From Gammaproteobacteria bacterium (lineage in GTDB: Bacteria; Pseudomonadota; Gammaproteobacteria; SURF-13): 26,362 bases of DNA. Every line of letters begins with the position of its first letter. Position 1 is the stretch's first letter. The notes beneath the pieces are model-generated. The model did no database searches, was not told the origin of the DNA, and worked only from the letters and a program-made list of their open reading frames with translations. Made by a program: the position numbers and the translations under genes. The stretch spans positions 1-26,362 of the forward strand of contig JAYTIZ010000055.1 of NCBI GenBank assembly GCA_043731445.1, in the 5' to 3' direction. This document shows positions 1-9,703 of this stretch, piece by piece.

Positions 1-1698
1 TTCGGCGATGGCCCGCTGCATGGAGCCAGTGATTTTATCGGCATACATGATGGCGCCACCATTGATGTGGCGCGCCGCGCGCCCAACGGTCTGGATGAGC
101 GAGCGTTCCGAACGTAGAAAGCCTTCCTTGTCTGCGTCGAGAATGGCCACTAAAGAGACTTCGGGCATATCCAGCCCTTCGCGCAGCAGGTTGATCCCAA
201 CCAATACATCAAATTCGCCGAGGCGCAAATCGCGGATGATCTCCACGCGTTCCACGGTGTCTATGTCGGAATGCAGATAGCGTACTTTCACGTCATGGTC
301 GGCAAGATAATCGGTGAGGTCTTCGGCCATGCGCTTGGTTAGCGTTGTGACCAGCACCCGTTCATGCACCTTTACGCGCTTGTGGATTTCTGAGAGCAGG
401 TCATCCACTTGCGTGGTAGCCGGGCGTATCTCAATTTGGGGGTCTACCAGTCCGGTGGGGCGCACGACTTGCTCGACCACCGCGCCGGCATGCTCAAGTT
501 CGTACGGGCCGGGTGTGGCGGAGACGTAAATCGTCTGCGGTGCCTGGCGTTCAAATTCGTCAAAGCGTAACGGGCGGTTGTCCAGCGCTACCGGCAGGCG
601 GAAACCATACTCCACTAAGGTTTCCTTGCGCGAGCGGTCGCCCTTGTACATGCCGCCGATCTGAGGAATGGTGACGTGGCTTTCGTCCACGACCAGCAAA
701 GCATTGGGCGGCAGATAATCAAACAGTGTGGGTGGCGGCTCGCCGGGTTTGCGTTTAGATAAATAACGCGAATAATTTTCAATGCCAGAGCAATAGCCCA
801 GTTCCATGATCATTTCAATGTCAAAGCGGGTGCGCTGTTCCAGGCGTTGTGCTTCGACGAGTTTATTAGTGTCATAGAGTTGCGCCAGACGTTCGCGCAG
901 ATCTACTTTCATCTGCTCCACGGCTTCGAGCAAAGTCTGGCGCGGTGTGACGTAATGGCTTTTGGGGTAGATAGTAAGCCGAGGCGTGCGTCGCAGAATT
1001 TCGCCGGTAAGCGGGTCAAAAAACGCGAGTCCCTCAATCTCTTCATCGAACAGCTCAACACGCACCGCTTCGCGGTCGGAATCGGCGGGGTGGACATCAA
1101 TGACTTCGCCACGCACGCGGTAAGTGCCACGTTGGAGTTCGATATCGTTGCGCGTGTACTGCATCTCGGCGAGCCGGCGCAGGATGAAGCGCTGATCTAT
1201 CTTGTCGCCGCGCTTTAAGTGCAAGACCATGCCAAGGTATGACTGCGGATCGCCCAAGCCGTAAATTGCTGAGACAGTCGCGACGATAATCGCATCTTCG
1301 CGTTCCAGCAGCGCCTTGGTGGCGGACAGGCGCATCTGCTCGATGTGCTCGTTGATCGAGGAGTCTTTCTCGATGTAGGTGTCCGAGGAAGGCATATAGG
1401 CCTCGGGCTGGTAGTAATCGTAATACGAGACGAAGTATTCCACGGCGTTATGAGGGAAAAATTCGCGCATCTCGCCGTACAACTGGGCGGCAAGCGTTTT
1501 ATTAGGGGCCATAATCATGGCCGGACGCTGCACGGCCTGGATCACATTGGCGATCGTAAAGGTCTTGCCAGAGCCAGTCACACCCAGCAGCACTTGCCCA
1601 GCTTCGCCATGCTGGATACCCTCGACCAGTTGCGCAATCGCCTGCGGCTGGTCGCCAGCGGGTGCAAAGCTGGAATTAATTTTAAAACTTTGGCTCAT
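1..1698 (-). CDS. uvrB: Excinuclease ABC subunit B (5' part; runs off the window start)
   Basis: Manual translation from ATG at 1698: [21 protein letters not shown]...GVTGSGKT (Walker A), [10 protein letters not shown] beta-hairpin, [11 protein letters not shown] (motif VI). The same frame was found at several checked points. Absent from the ORF track, presumably because no stop lies in the window. Confidence 0.97.
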   Translation of the reverse strand, partial: MSQSFKINSSFAPAGDQPQAIAQLVEGIQHGEAGQVLLGVTGSGKTFTIANVIQAVQRPAMIMAPNKTLAAQLYGEMREFFPHNAVEYFVSYYDYYQPEAYMPSSDTYIEKDSSINEHIEQMRLSATKALLEREDAIIVATVSAIYGLGDPQSYLGMVLHLKRGDKIDQRFILRRLAEMQYTRNDIELQRGTYRVRGEVIDVHPADSDREAVRVELFDEEIEGLAFFDPLTGEILRRTPRLTIYPKSHYVTPRQTLLEAVEQMKVDLRERLAQLYDTNKLVEAQRLEQRTRFDIEMIMELGYCSGIENYSRYLSKRKPGEPPPTLFDYLPPNALLVVDESHVTIPQIGGMYKGDRSRKETLVEYGFRLPVALDNRPLRFDEFERQAPQTIYVSATPGPYELEHAGAVVEQVVRPTGLVDPQIEIRPATTQVDDLLSEIHKRVKVHERVLVTTLTKRMAEDLTDYLADHDVKVRYLHSDIDTVERVEIIRDLRLGEFDVLVGINLLREGLDMPEVSLVAILDADKEGFLRSERSLIQTVGRAARHINGGAIMYADKITGSMQRAIAE

Positions 1699-1876
1699 TA
1701 GGCATTCTGATAAGGCGGGGATTCCAGTATATTACGCCATTACATTACTAATCTGCATGTCGCTGATTAGGTTGGCAGATATCAACAATAAGTTTACCCC
1801 ATACTGATGGGATGAACTTAGGTGTAGGGTGACAGCATAGTCATCTTCGCTTGCTTGCAGGAAGGGGAGTTCCAGA

Positions 1877-3067
1877 TTGGACGTACCATTATCACGACGA
1901 GTTCAAAATATTAAGCCTTCGCCCACGCTGGCTGTTACGGCGCGCGCGGCGGCGCTTAAAGCAGCGGGCAAAGACATCATCGGCCTGGGAGCAGGCGAGC
2001 CGGATTTCGATACGCCGGAACATATCAAGCAGGCCGCTATTAAGGCCATCCATGCCGGTTTCACCAAATATACTGCTGTGGATGGTACCGCAGAACTCAA
2101 AAAAGCCATTATTGATAAATTTGCACGCGATAACGGCCTGAGCTACGCGCCCCATCAGATACTGGTATCTGTCGGCGGCAAGCAAAGTTTTTACAATCTT
2201 GCCCAGGCGCTGCTGAATGCGGGCGACGAAGTTATTATTCCTGCACCGTATTGGGTGTCGTATCCCGATATGGTGTTGCTCGCCGAAGGGGTGCCGGTGA
2301 TAGTCTCGGCAGGTCTCGAACAGAATTTCAAGATCACGCCTGCACAACTGGAAGCTGCCATTACGCCCAAAACGCGCTTGTTAGTGCTCAACTCACCTTC
2401 GAACCCAACCGGCGTAATGTACAGTAAGGCAGAGTTCTCCGCTTTGGGTGATGTGCTGCGCCGTCATCCACAGGTATTGATCGTGAGCGACGATATCTAC
2501 GAGCACATCCTGCTGGCCGATGAACCGTTTTGCAATATCCTCAACGCCTGCCCGGATTTGTACGAGCGCACCATTGTCATCAATGGCGTTTCCAAAAGCT
2601 ACTCGATGACCGGCTGGCGCATAGGCTATGCGGGTGGTCCGCCGAAGCTGATTGCCGCGATGAAAAATATTCAGTCACAAAGCACGTCTAATCCGACTTC
2701 GATTTCACAGGTCGCGGCGCAGTGCGCACTGGAAAGCGATCAATCTTTTATTCAAGGCTGGTTAAAAGAATTCAAAGCACGTCACGATGTCGTGCTACAC
2801 GAGCTGAACAGCATCAAAGGCATTCAATGCCTGCCTTCACAGGGCGCTTTTTATTCTTTCCCCAAGATGCAGGACATTATTGATGGGTTGGCTGGCGTGA
2901 ATAACGACGTCGAACTTGCTGAATATCTACTCACCCAGACCGGCGTGGCACTCGTGCCTGGTTCCGCCTTCGGTGCGCCGGGTTATATGCGCTTGTCGTT
3001 TGCGACCAGTATGGAGAATTTGAAAGAAGCGTTGCGGCGGATGAAGAAACTGTTGAATCCTGGCTAG
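1877..3067 (+). CDS. aspC: PLP-dependent class I/II aminotransferase (aspartate aminotransferase type)
   Basis: GAGEPDFDTP, NSPSNPTG, DDIYE, SKSYSMTGWRIGY (PLP lysine). TTG start with GGGAG upstream. Confidence 0.92.
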   Translation: MDVPLSRRVQNIKPSPTLAVTARAAALKAAGKDIIGLGAGEPDFDTPEHIKQAAIKAIHAGFTKYTAVDGTAELKKAIIDKFARDNGLSYAPHQILVSVGGKQSFYNLAQALLNAGDEVIIPAPYWVSYPDMVLLAEGVPVIVSAGLEQNFKITPAQLEAAITPKTRLLVLNSPSNPTGVMYSKAEFSALGDVLRRHPQVLIVSDDIYEHILLADEPFCNILNACPDLYERTIVINGVSKSYSMTGWRIGYAGGPPKLIAAMKNIQSQSTSNPTSISQVAAQCALESDQSFIQGWLKEFKARHDVVLHELNSIKGIQCLPSQGAFYSFPKMQDIIDGLAGVNNDVELAEYLLTQTGVALVPGSAFGAPGYMRLSFATSMENLKEALRRMKKLLNPG

Positions 3068-3150
3068 CTTTGCTCTAATAACTCCCGGCAAAGAGGTGTG
3101 TTGTTTAGAACCTTGTGGAGGAGCCACTCCTTGTGTTGTAACGAGTTAAG

Positions 3151-3690
3151 CTAGATGTTTTCTTTGTGTCGGCCATCAAGTACCCATGTAAGAAGTTGTT
3201 CAGGTAAAATTCGCATTGCAGAGCTTGTAGGTATCGGCGATTTCGTTGCGAGAGAAATTAGAAGCGAAATGAGACGATCACCCTCGGCAATGGCCATCAC
3301 AGTAGACCTCAGATGTTGATGAAATATAGTTTGAGCGTCATCTATGGTAGACCAAGCCTCGAACCCAAGAGTAAGCTCGTGAGCTATGTCGTTGCGGGCC
3401 TGCCTTGCATGGTCTAACACCTGAAACTGATCAATCTCCAAGTGCAGATGCTTTTGGATGGTGATGATGTGTTTGTTGAGCGTAGTATCCTTGTTGAACC
3501 GATCACAATAGATTCTCAGTGACTCTTCCGAGTCTAACAGAGAGCCACGCAAACCTAAGAGCATGTTGAGTGCCTTGCATAAGGACTCGAATCGTGTTGC
3601 GAGTGCTAAGGTTCGCCCAGCAGCTGCGAATAGTAGATTGTTCGCTGGCACATATGCTGGAAAAAAGAAGATGAAGTCGTGGGGATCCAA
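3151..3690 (-). CDS. Hypothetical protein with HEPN-like Rx4H motif
   Basis: 179-aa ORF fills the gap between aspC and the aminotransferase. ARNDIAHE motif in a helical-looking sequence. AT-richer than neighbours. TTG start is uncertain. Confidence 0.7.
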   Translation of the reverse strand: MDPHDFIFFFPAYVPANNLLFAAAGRTLALATRFESLCKALNMLLGLRGSLLDSEESLRIYCDRFNKDTTLNKHIITIQKHLHLEIDQFQVLDHARQARNDIAHELTLGFEAWSTIDDAQTIFHQHLRSTVMAIAEGDRLISLLISLATKSPIPTSSAMRILPEQLLTWVLDGRHKENI

Positions 3691-3718
3691 AATTGAGCGT
3701 TAGATAGATGTCTTCACA

Positions 3719-4837
3719 TCACGCTAAAACTTTCTTTAAGGTATCTAGGCAAAACTGCACGTTTTTTGGAGTGCTGGTATATCCCATCAAACCAATGCGC
3801 CAGACCTTCCCGGCCAACACTCCCAAGCCTGCACCGATTTCCAGGTTGTAGTCTGTTAGCAAGCGTGTACGCGTGGCTGCGTCGTCCACACCTTCCGGGA
3901 TAAAAACAGAATTGAGTTGCGGTAGGCGTTCGCCTTCTTTCACCAAGAAACGCAAACCCATCGCTTCGAGGCCTGTTCGCAAGGCTTGGTGGTTACGCTC
4001 ATGCCGTGCCCAGGAATTTTCCAGCCCTTCTTCCTGCAAAATCACCAGTGACTCGTGCAGGCCGTAGAGTGGATTGATGGGTGCGGTGTGGTGGTAGGCA
4101 CGTTTTTGCCCGCTACCCCAATAACCCATGATGAGATTGAGATCCAGGAACCAGCTCTGTACTTTGCGGCCACGTTTTTTGATGACCTCTACTGCGCGAT
4201 CGTTAAAACTGACCGGCGATAAGCCCGGCGTACACGACAGACATTTTTGGCTACCGGAATAAATGGCATCTATGTTCCATTCGTCTAGCTTGAGTGGTAC
4301 ACCGCCCAATGAGGTGACGGCATCCACGATGGTGAGACAGCCATAACGATGCGCGATCTCGACTAGGGTCTTGGCATCCGACAGGGCACCGGTGGAGGTT
4401 TCGGCATGTACGAAGGCGACAATCTTGGTATCGCGGTTCGCTTTGAGCGCGTCTTCAAGCTTGTGCGGGTCAACTGCGCTGCCCCAGGCATCTTCGACCA
4501 TCACCGCTGTTGCGCCGCAACGCTCAACGTTTTCTTTCATGCGTCCGCCGAACACACCGTTCTGGCACACGATGACCTTGTCGCCAGGTTCGACCAGATT
4601 GACGAAGCATGCCTCCATGCCTGCCGAGCCGGGTGCAGAAATAGGCATGGTCAGCGCATTTTTGGTTTGAAACGCATACTGGAGCAGCGTTTTCACTTCG
4701 TCCATCATGTCCACGAACACGGGGTCGAGATGGCCAATCGTTGGGCGCGCCATTGCTTCAAGCACGCGCGGATTCACATTAGATGGGCCGGGACCCATTA
4801 ATAGACGGACAGGGGGTTGGAAAGATTTTATAGTCAT
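3719..4837 (-). CDS. Alanine-glyoxylate / serine-pyruvate aminotransferase (class V PLP)
   Basis: LLMGPGPSNV, GSAGMEA, VHAETSTG, DAVTSLGG, SGSQKCLS, WRIGLMG. Confidence 0.92.
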   Translation of the reverse strand: MTIKSFQPPVRLLMGPGPSNVNPRVLEAMARPTIGHLDPVFVDMMDEVKTLLQYAFQTKNALTMPISAPGSAGMEACFVNLVEPGDKVIVCQNGVFGGRMKENVERCGATAVMVEDAWGSAVDPHKLEDALKANRDTKIVAFVHAETSTGALSDAKTLVEIAHRYGCLTIVDAVTSLGGVPLKLDEWNIDAIYSGSQKCLSCTPGLSPVSFNDRAVEVIKKRGRKVQSWFLDLNLIMGYWGSGQKRAYHHTAPINPLYGLHESLVILQEEGLENSWARHERNHQALRTGLEAMGLRFLVKEGERLPQLNSVFIPEGVDDAATRTRLLTDYNLEIGAGLGVLAGKVWRIGLMGYTSTPKNVQFCLDTLKKVLA

Positions 4838-4913
4838 ACAGTTCTCGTTAATTTTGGGATATTGTGGGCAAGGTTCTTTAGCCTTGCCTCAGTTTTACGG
4901 GTTCACGGCGTAG

Positions 4914-4941
4914 TTTGTAATTTTAGTAGTATGTTTGTCAA
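4914..4941 (-). promoter_or_regulatory. Possible sigma70 promoter for the class V aminotransferase
   Basis: Minus strand TTGACA-N16-TACAAA in an AT-rich intergenic stretch. The -35 is perfect and the -10 is weak. Confidence 0.35.
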
Positions 4942-4946
4942 AAAAA

Positions 4947-6407
4947 TTAACGTTTTAGTAGTGCGCCTAAAAGTCCGCGGACCAGGCGTGTGCCTACCTG
5001 GCTGCCTACGCTACGCACGACACTTTTTAGCATGGCTTCGCCGATGCCCTGGCGAGTGCTTGCGCGTTCTTGGGGTACGTGCGCTTGAGGTGTGGGTGTC
5101 GCTGCGGCAGTGGCCGCTGCCGCTTGAGTCGCGCGGGCCTTGAGCAATTCATAGGCGGATTCGCGATCGTTCACCTGATCGTAGCGCCCACGGAAGGGGC
5201 TGGCGTTCATAATGGCGCGGCGTTCGTCCACACTCGTCGGCCCCAGGCGCGAGGAGGGTGGGCGGATTAGCGTGCGCTGTACGATGCCCGGCATGCCTTT
5301 TTCGTCCAGCATGGACACCAGGGCTTCCCCGACGCCAAGCTCGGTGATCACTTTTGCAACGTCTAATTTTGGATTAGAGCGGAACGTTTCTGCGGCAGAG
5401 CGCACGGCTTTTTGATCGCGCGGTGTGAAGGCACGTAAGGCATGTTGGATGCGATTGCTGAGTTGCCCCAGAATAGTGTCGGGAATGTCCAGAGGATTTT
5501 GCGAGATGAAATACACCCCCACACCTTTGGAGCGAATCAGGCGAACGACTTGCTCGACCTTGTCCACTAATGCTTTAGGTGCATCGTCGAATAATAAGTG
5601 CGCTTCGTCGAAGAAGAATACTAGCTTGGGTTTATCCAGATCACCGACTTCCGGAAGTTTTTCGAATAGCTCAGATAGCAGCCAGAGCAGAAAGGTAGCG
5701 TAGAGCTTCGGGTTCTGCATGAGTTTGTCGGCGGCGAGCACGCTGATATAGCCCATCCCATTCGAATCGCAACGTATGAAGTCGTAAAGATCGAGCGCGG
5801 GTTCGCCAAAAAACTTTTCACAGCCTTGCTGTTCCAGTACCAGTAAGTTGCGTTGAATCGCTCCCACGGATGTTGCGCTGACATTGCCGTATTCGGCCAT
5901 CAGCGATTTGGCATTGTCGGAAATAAAGGTGAGCATGGAGCGCAGGTCTTTGAGATCGAGCAGCAGCAAGCCCTGATCGTCAGCAACCTTGAAGGCGAGA
6001 TTGAGCACACCGGCCTGGGTGTCGTTGAGGTCGAGCAGTCGCGCGAGTAACAGCGGCCCCATGTCGGATACGGTGGCACGAACCGGATGGCCCTGCTCGC
6101 CGAATAAATCCCAGAAAATGGTCGGGAAGCTACGCAGTGGGTAATCAGTCATGCCGATCTGTTTGGCGCGTTCCTGAAGTTTAGGTTTCGCTTCGCCTGC
6201 CTGGCTGATGCCAGCGAGGTCGCCTTTCACATCGGCCATGAACACGGGCACGCCGAGGCTGGAAAATCCTTCGGCAAGAATTTGCAGCGATACTGTTTTA
6301 CCCGTGCCGGTGGCTCCCGCGATGAGGCCGTGGCGGTTGGCGAGTTTGGGTAATAAATAGAGAGGCGTTTCACCGAGTCCAACAAAAATTCCTGCGGATG
6401 TGTCCAT
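4947..6407 (-). CDS. HerA-like P-loop ATPase, DUF853/YjgR family
   Basis: [16 protein letters not shown] (Walker A), ADVKGDL, FFDEAH (Walker B), [26 protein letters not shown]. Confidence 0.92.
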   Translation of the reverse strand: MDTSAGIFVGLGETPLYLLPKLANRHGLIAGATGTGKTVSLQILAEGFSSLGVPVFMADVKGDLAGISQAGEAKPKLQERAKQIGMTDYPLRSFPTIFWDLFGEQGHPVRATVSDMGPLLLARLLDLNDTQAGVLNLAFKVADDQGLLLLDLKDLRSMLTFISDNAKSLMAEYGNVSATSVGAIQRNLLVLEQQGCEKFFGEPALDLYDFIRCDSNGMGYISVLAADKLMQNPKLYATFLLWLLSELFEKLPEVGDLDKPKLVFFFDEAHLLFDDAPKALVDKVEQVVRLIRSKGVGVYFISQNPLDIPDTILGQLSNRIQHALRAFTPRDQKAVRSAAETFRSNPKLDVAKVITELGVGEALVSMLDEKGMPGIVQRTLIRPPSSRLGPTSVDERRAIMNASPFRGRYDQVNDRESAYELLKARATQAAAATAAATPTPQAHVPQERASTRQGIGEAMLKSVVRSVGSQVGTRLVRGLLGALLKR

Positions 6408-6459
6408 GTTGGTTTCCTATGGCTTAGCTGTAATCGTTTTTGCTAAGTGACCGTGATCG

Positions 6460-7521
6460 CTAGAGCCCGGCATAGAGTCGGTCTGGATTCAAAATGCCCA
6501 GCGGGTCGAAAGCTGTTTTAAGGCGGCGGTGAATAGCAGCAAGTGCCGGACTCAAGGGCTGGAATCTTTCCTGCTCGCCTTGCCCACCTCTGAATAGTGT
6601 AGCACTTCCGCCGTGTTGCGCCGCAAGTTGCCAAACTTGCTGGGCGGGCAAGTTCGTTCTTAGCCAGCGTTGCGCACCACCCCAATCCAAAAACCATTGA
6701 CCGGGCAGATCAAGCGGTGGTGTGGCTGCTGGCAACGAAAGGCGCCAGAGTGGATCGCCGCCCTGGAAGAAAGGATGTTGATGGTCGCGCAATGCCTGCC
6801 AAAAACCTGTGCCATCCGGAATACTATCGCCGCCCAGTTTAGCGTGTGCCGCGGTTACTTCTGTTGCACTTCCCGATAGACGCAGATACATTTTTTCACC
6901 ATCGTGTGCCGCCGCGGACAGAGGGAAGGGTTTTCCGGCCCAGACATTCATTTGCTCTATAGCTTGTGTGGGTGTGTATTCAAAGATCAGGGTTTCTTCA
7001 AGCTTGGAGCGCGGCAGCACTTTAAGAGAAATTTCCAGGAGAATGCCCAGCGTCCCCAACGCGCCGACCATCAGGCGCGAGACATCAAAGCCTGCGACGT
7101 TTTTCATGACCTGGCCGCCGAAGGTCAGAATCTCACCTTTACCTGTAAGAATTTTTACACCCAGCACAAAATCACGCGCTGCCCCTGCGTAGGGACGGCG
7201 TGGGCCGGAGAATCCGCAGGCGAGCGTGCCTCCCAAGGTAGCATGCGGGCCGAAATGAGGTGGTTCGAAACATAGCATCTGATTCTGTTCCGCGAGTGCC
7301 GCTTCAATCTCGTTGAGAGCAGTGCCAGCGCGCGCGGTAATAACGAGTTCCGTGGGTTCGTAGCTGACGATGCCGCTGTGCTCACGCACGGATAGCGGTG
7401 TGCCGGTGGACGGGTGGCCATAGAAGTGCTTGCTGTGGCTGCCGATGATCTGTAATGGCGTGCCACGGGCAGCCGCTTCACGCACAGTGTTCTGTAGTGA
7501 GGCACTGATGTCTGTATTCAT
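6460..7521 (-). CDS. glcE: Glycolate oxidase FAD-binding subunit GlcE
   Basis: GIVSYEPTELVITARAGT, GGQVMKNVAGFDVSRL, WGGAQRW, FDPLGILNP. The ATG at 7521 overlaps the glcD stop (TGATG). Confidence 0.93.
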   Translation of the reverse strand: MNTDISASLQNTVREAAARGTPLQIIGSHSKHFYGHPSTGTPLSVREHSGIVSYEPTELVITARAGTALNEIEAALAEQNQMLCFEPPHFGPHATLGGTLACGFSGPRRPYAGAARDFVLGVKILTGKGEILTFGGQVMKNVAGFDVSRLMVGALGTLGILLEISLKVLPRSKLEETLIFEYTPTQAIEQMNVWAGKPFPLSAAAHDGEKMYLRLSGSATEVTAAHAKLGGDSIPDGTGFWQALRDHQHPFFQGGDPLWRLSLPAATPPLDLPGQWFLDWGGAQRWLRTNLPAQQVWQLAAQHGGSATLFRGGQGEQERFQPLSPALAAIHRRLKTAFDPLGILNPDRLYAGL

Positions 7522-9011
7522 CAAAACCGTTCAAGCTCCGGAAACGGAAGTTTGCCTCGATGCACGTGCATCGCGCCAAATTCGGCACAACGGTGCAGGG
7601 TAGGCACAGCCTTGCCCGGATTGAGCAAACCCTTGGGATCGAACGCATCTTTAACGGCGTGGAACTGTGCCAGTTCGAGCGCTGCGAACTGGGTACACAT
7701 CTGATTGAGTTTTTCGACGCCGACACCATGTTCGCCAGTAATCGTGCCGCCCACGGCGACGCAGAGCTCAAGAATTTTGCCGCCCATTGCTTCGGTGCGC
7801 TCCAGCTCGGTGGGTTTGTTGGCGTCGTAGAGAATAAGCGGGTGCAGGTTGCCGTCGCCTGCGTGAAAGACGTTGGCTACAGGTAGGCCATACTCTGCAG
7901 AAAGTTCGCTGATACGCGTCAGCACTTCGGCGAGGCGTCCGCGCGGGATGGTGCCGTCCATACAGTAGTAGTCGGGGGAGATACGCCCCATCGCGGGAAA
8001 CGCTGCCTTGCGTCCGGCCCAGAATCTGAGCCGCTCAGCTTCATCTTGCGCGGTGCGGATTTCCGTGGCACCCGCCTTGAGCAGCAATTGACGGACCTGA
8101 AAGATTTGTTCGGAGACATCTTCATTGACACCGTCGAGTTCGCAGAGCAGCAACGCGGCGGCATCAACAGGATAACCCACCTGGGCATAGTCCTCTGCCG
8201 CGCGGATGGCCAGGTTATCCATCATTTCCAGCCCAGCGGGAATGCATCCTGCGGCGATAATGAGTCCTACGGCATCACCGGCCTTGGCCAGATCATCAAA
8301 GGCTGCGAGAAGGACTTGCGCCCGTTCCGGTTTGGGCAGCAACTTCACAGTGACTTCGACGATCACACCCAACAGTCCTTCGGAACCATGCAGCAGGGCG
8401 AGCAGATCATATCCGGGCGCATCTAGCACGTTGCCGCCAATTTCCAGTAATTCACCATCCATAGTGAGTACTTTAAGCCCTAGTACATTGTGCACCGTCA
8501 GGCCATATTTCAGGCAATGCACGCCACCGGAGTTTTCCGCCACATTGCCGCCGATGGTGCAGGCGATCTGGGAAGAGGGATCCGGTGCATAGTAGAGGCC
8601 GTGCGGCAAGACGGCTTGCGAGATGGCGAGATTGCGTACCCCTGGCTCCAGACGCGCGATGCGGTTTAGCGGATCAATTTCCAAAATGCGGTTGAACTTG
8701 GCGAGGCTGAGTAGCACGCCATTACTATGCGGTAAGGCTCCGCCTGATAAACCCGTACCTGCACCGCGTGCCACGACCGGCACGTTCAGAGTGTGACAGA
8801 CCTGAAGTACCTGGCGGGCCTGCACCAGTGTGTCGGGCAGGCAAACGATGGCGGGAAGATTGCGATAGGCCGTCAGACCGTCGCATTCATAAGGATGCAG
8901 ATCTTCCTCATCACTCAACACGCAAGCGCGTGGCAGCACGCCGTATAGCGCCTGGAGGAGCTTGGCGTGAGTGGCTGGAGTCTGCTGTGGTGTGGGCACA
9001 GAATGCGTCAT
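7521..9011 (-). CDS. glcD: Glycolate oxidase subunit GlcD
   Basis: RGAGTGLSGG, YAPDPSSQIACTIGGNVAENSGG, FHAGDGNLHP, ITGEHGVG, LNPGK. Start moved from 9122 to the ATG at 9011 (GAGAG upstream; the longer start would overlap the tRNA promoter). Confidence 0.93.
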   Translation of the reverse strand: MTHSVPTPQQTPATHAKLLQALYGVLPRACVLSDEEDLHPYECDGLTAYRNLPAIVCLPDTLVQARQVLQVCHTLNVPVVARGAGTGLSGGALPHSNGVLLSLAKFNRILEIDPLNRIARLEPGVRNLAISQAVLPHGLYYAPDPSSQIACTIGGNVAENSGGVHCLKYGLTVHNVLGLKVLTMDGELLEIGGNVLDAPGYDLLALLHGSEGLLGVIVEVTVKLLPKPERAQVLLAAFDDLAKAGDAVGLIIAAGCIPAGLEMMDNLAIRAAEDYAQVGYPVDAAALLLCELDGVNEDVSEQIFQVRQLLLKAGATEIRTAQDEAERLRFWAGRKAAFPAMGRISPDYYCMDGTIPRGRLAEVLTRISELSAEYGLPVANVFHAGDGNLHPLILYDANKPTELERTEAMGGKILELCVAVGGTITGEHGVGVEKLNQMCTQFAALELAQFHAVKDAFDPKGLLNPGKAVPTLHRCAEFGAMHVHRGKLPFPELERF

Positions 9012-9045
9012 GCTCTCAATCAGTCTCAGATCAGTCGAGAGCAAA

Positions 9046-9054
9046 AGTATATCA
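9046..9054 (-). promoter_or_regulatory. Possible extended -10 promoter for glcD
   Basis: Minus strand TGA-TATACT (TGn + -10) about 35 nt before the glcD ATG. No -35 match. Confidence 0.35.
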
Positions 9055-9111
9055 GGATGTGCCGGAGGGCAGGTGAGGAGGCTAAAATTAGGCGCAGACG
9101 CGAGCTTTCTA

Positions 9112-9140
9112 TTGACCCGCAACAGTCCCGCCCTTACTAT
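9112..9140 (+). promoter_or_regulatory. sigma70 promoter of tRNA-Asn
   Basis: TTGACC-N17-TACTAT followed by a GC-rich discriminator, 14 nt before the tRNA. Confidence 0.7.
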
Positions 9141-9154
9141 ACACGGCCCAATCT

Positions 9155-9230
<76 letters not shown>

Positions 9231-9232
9231 TT

Positions 9233-9703
9233 TTACATCTTTGTTTTCAGCGCATCGATGACGTAGTTGAAGGCTTTTCCTTCATACTCCAAAGAGCTGT
9301 TAAAATTTTTGTAGGCCTTGGCCACTTTGGCAGGATCTTTATATTTGGAATTGTCCAGCCATTCCTTATACGCAGCTTCGCGCAATTCATGACTCTGCTG
9401 AATATTCTGATGAATTTCAGCATAGCTAGCAGGCACGCCGTTAATCGTCTTGGAATAGTTTTTGTCCCATTCCCCATTGGTTTCAGCGCGTGCTATTTTT
9501 ACCGTCCCGCGAAATTTCTTGGTACTTGTTTCATGGCTTTGAACCCCAGCCATGGCACCCTTGACCTTATTACCATGCTCCTTCTGGATATTTAAGTATC
9601 TGGCTGCAGAGATTAAATAAGCAGGAGGAGGCGCTGCTAATGTGACGCTTGTGGTGGTTAGCGTTATAAGAGCTATAAGCAAACATAGTAATAAACGTTT
9701 CAT
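9233..9703 (-). CDS. Hypothetical exported protein
   Basis: 156-aa ORF. MKR plus a hydrophobic stretch and TLA-A cleavage-like site suggest a Sec signal. AT-rich. No family recognised. Confidence 0.75.
   Translation of the reverse strand: MKRLLLCLLIALITLTTTSVTLAAPPPAYLISAARYLNIQKEHGNKVKGAMAGVQSHETSTKKFRGTVKIARAETNGEWDKNYSKTINGVPASYAEIHQNIQQSHELREAAYKEWLDNSKYKDPAKVAKAYKNFNSSLEYEGKAFNYVIDALKTKM

Noticed and set aside
1763-1778. CTG-N10-CAG upstream of uvrB as a LexA box
   Set aside because: It reads CTGA...GCAG with a G-rich core, a poor match to CTGT-(AT-rich)-ACAG.
8-1807. Plus-strand ORFs 8-280, 314-529, 847-1218, 1345-1701, 1517-1807 and short minus ORFs
   Set aside because: Antisense or off-frame shadows of uvrB with no recognisable motifs.
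3068-3705. Integron attC site around the HEPN-like gene
   Set aside because: GCTTAAC overlaps the stop codon like an R'' box, but there is no matching GTTRRRY R' or L box pair at attC distance on that strand, and no integrase. Kept only as a weak boundary observation.
9012-9122. 37-aa N-terminal extension of GlcD in the ORF track
   Set aside because: It overlaps the tRNA promoter, and the ATG at 9011 has a better RBS.
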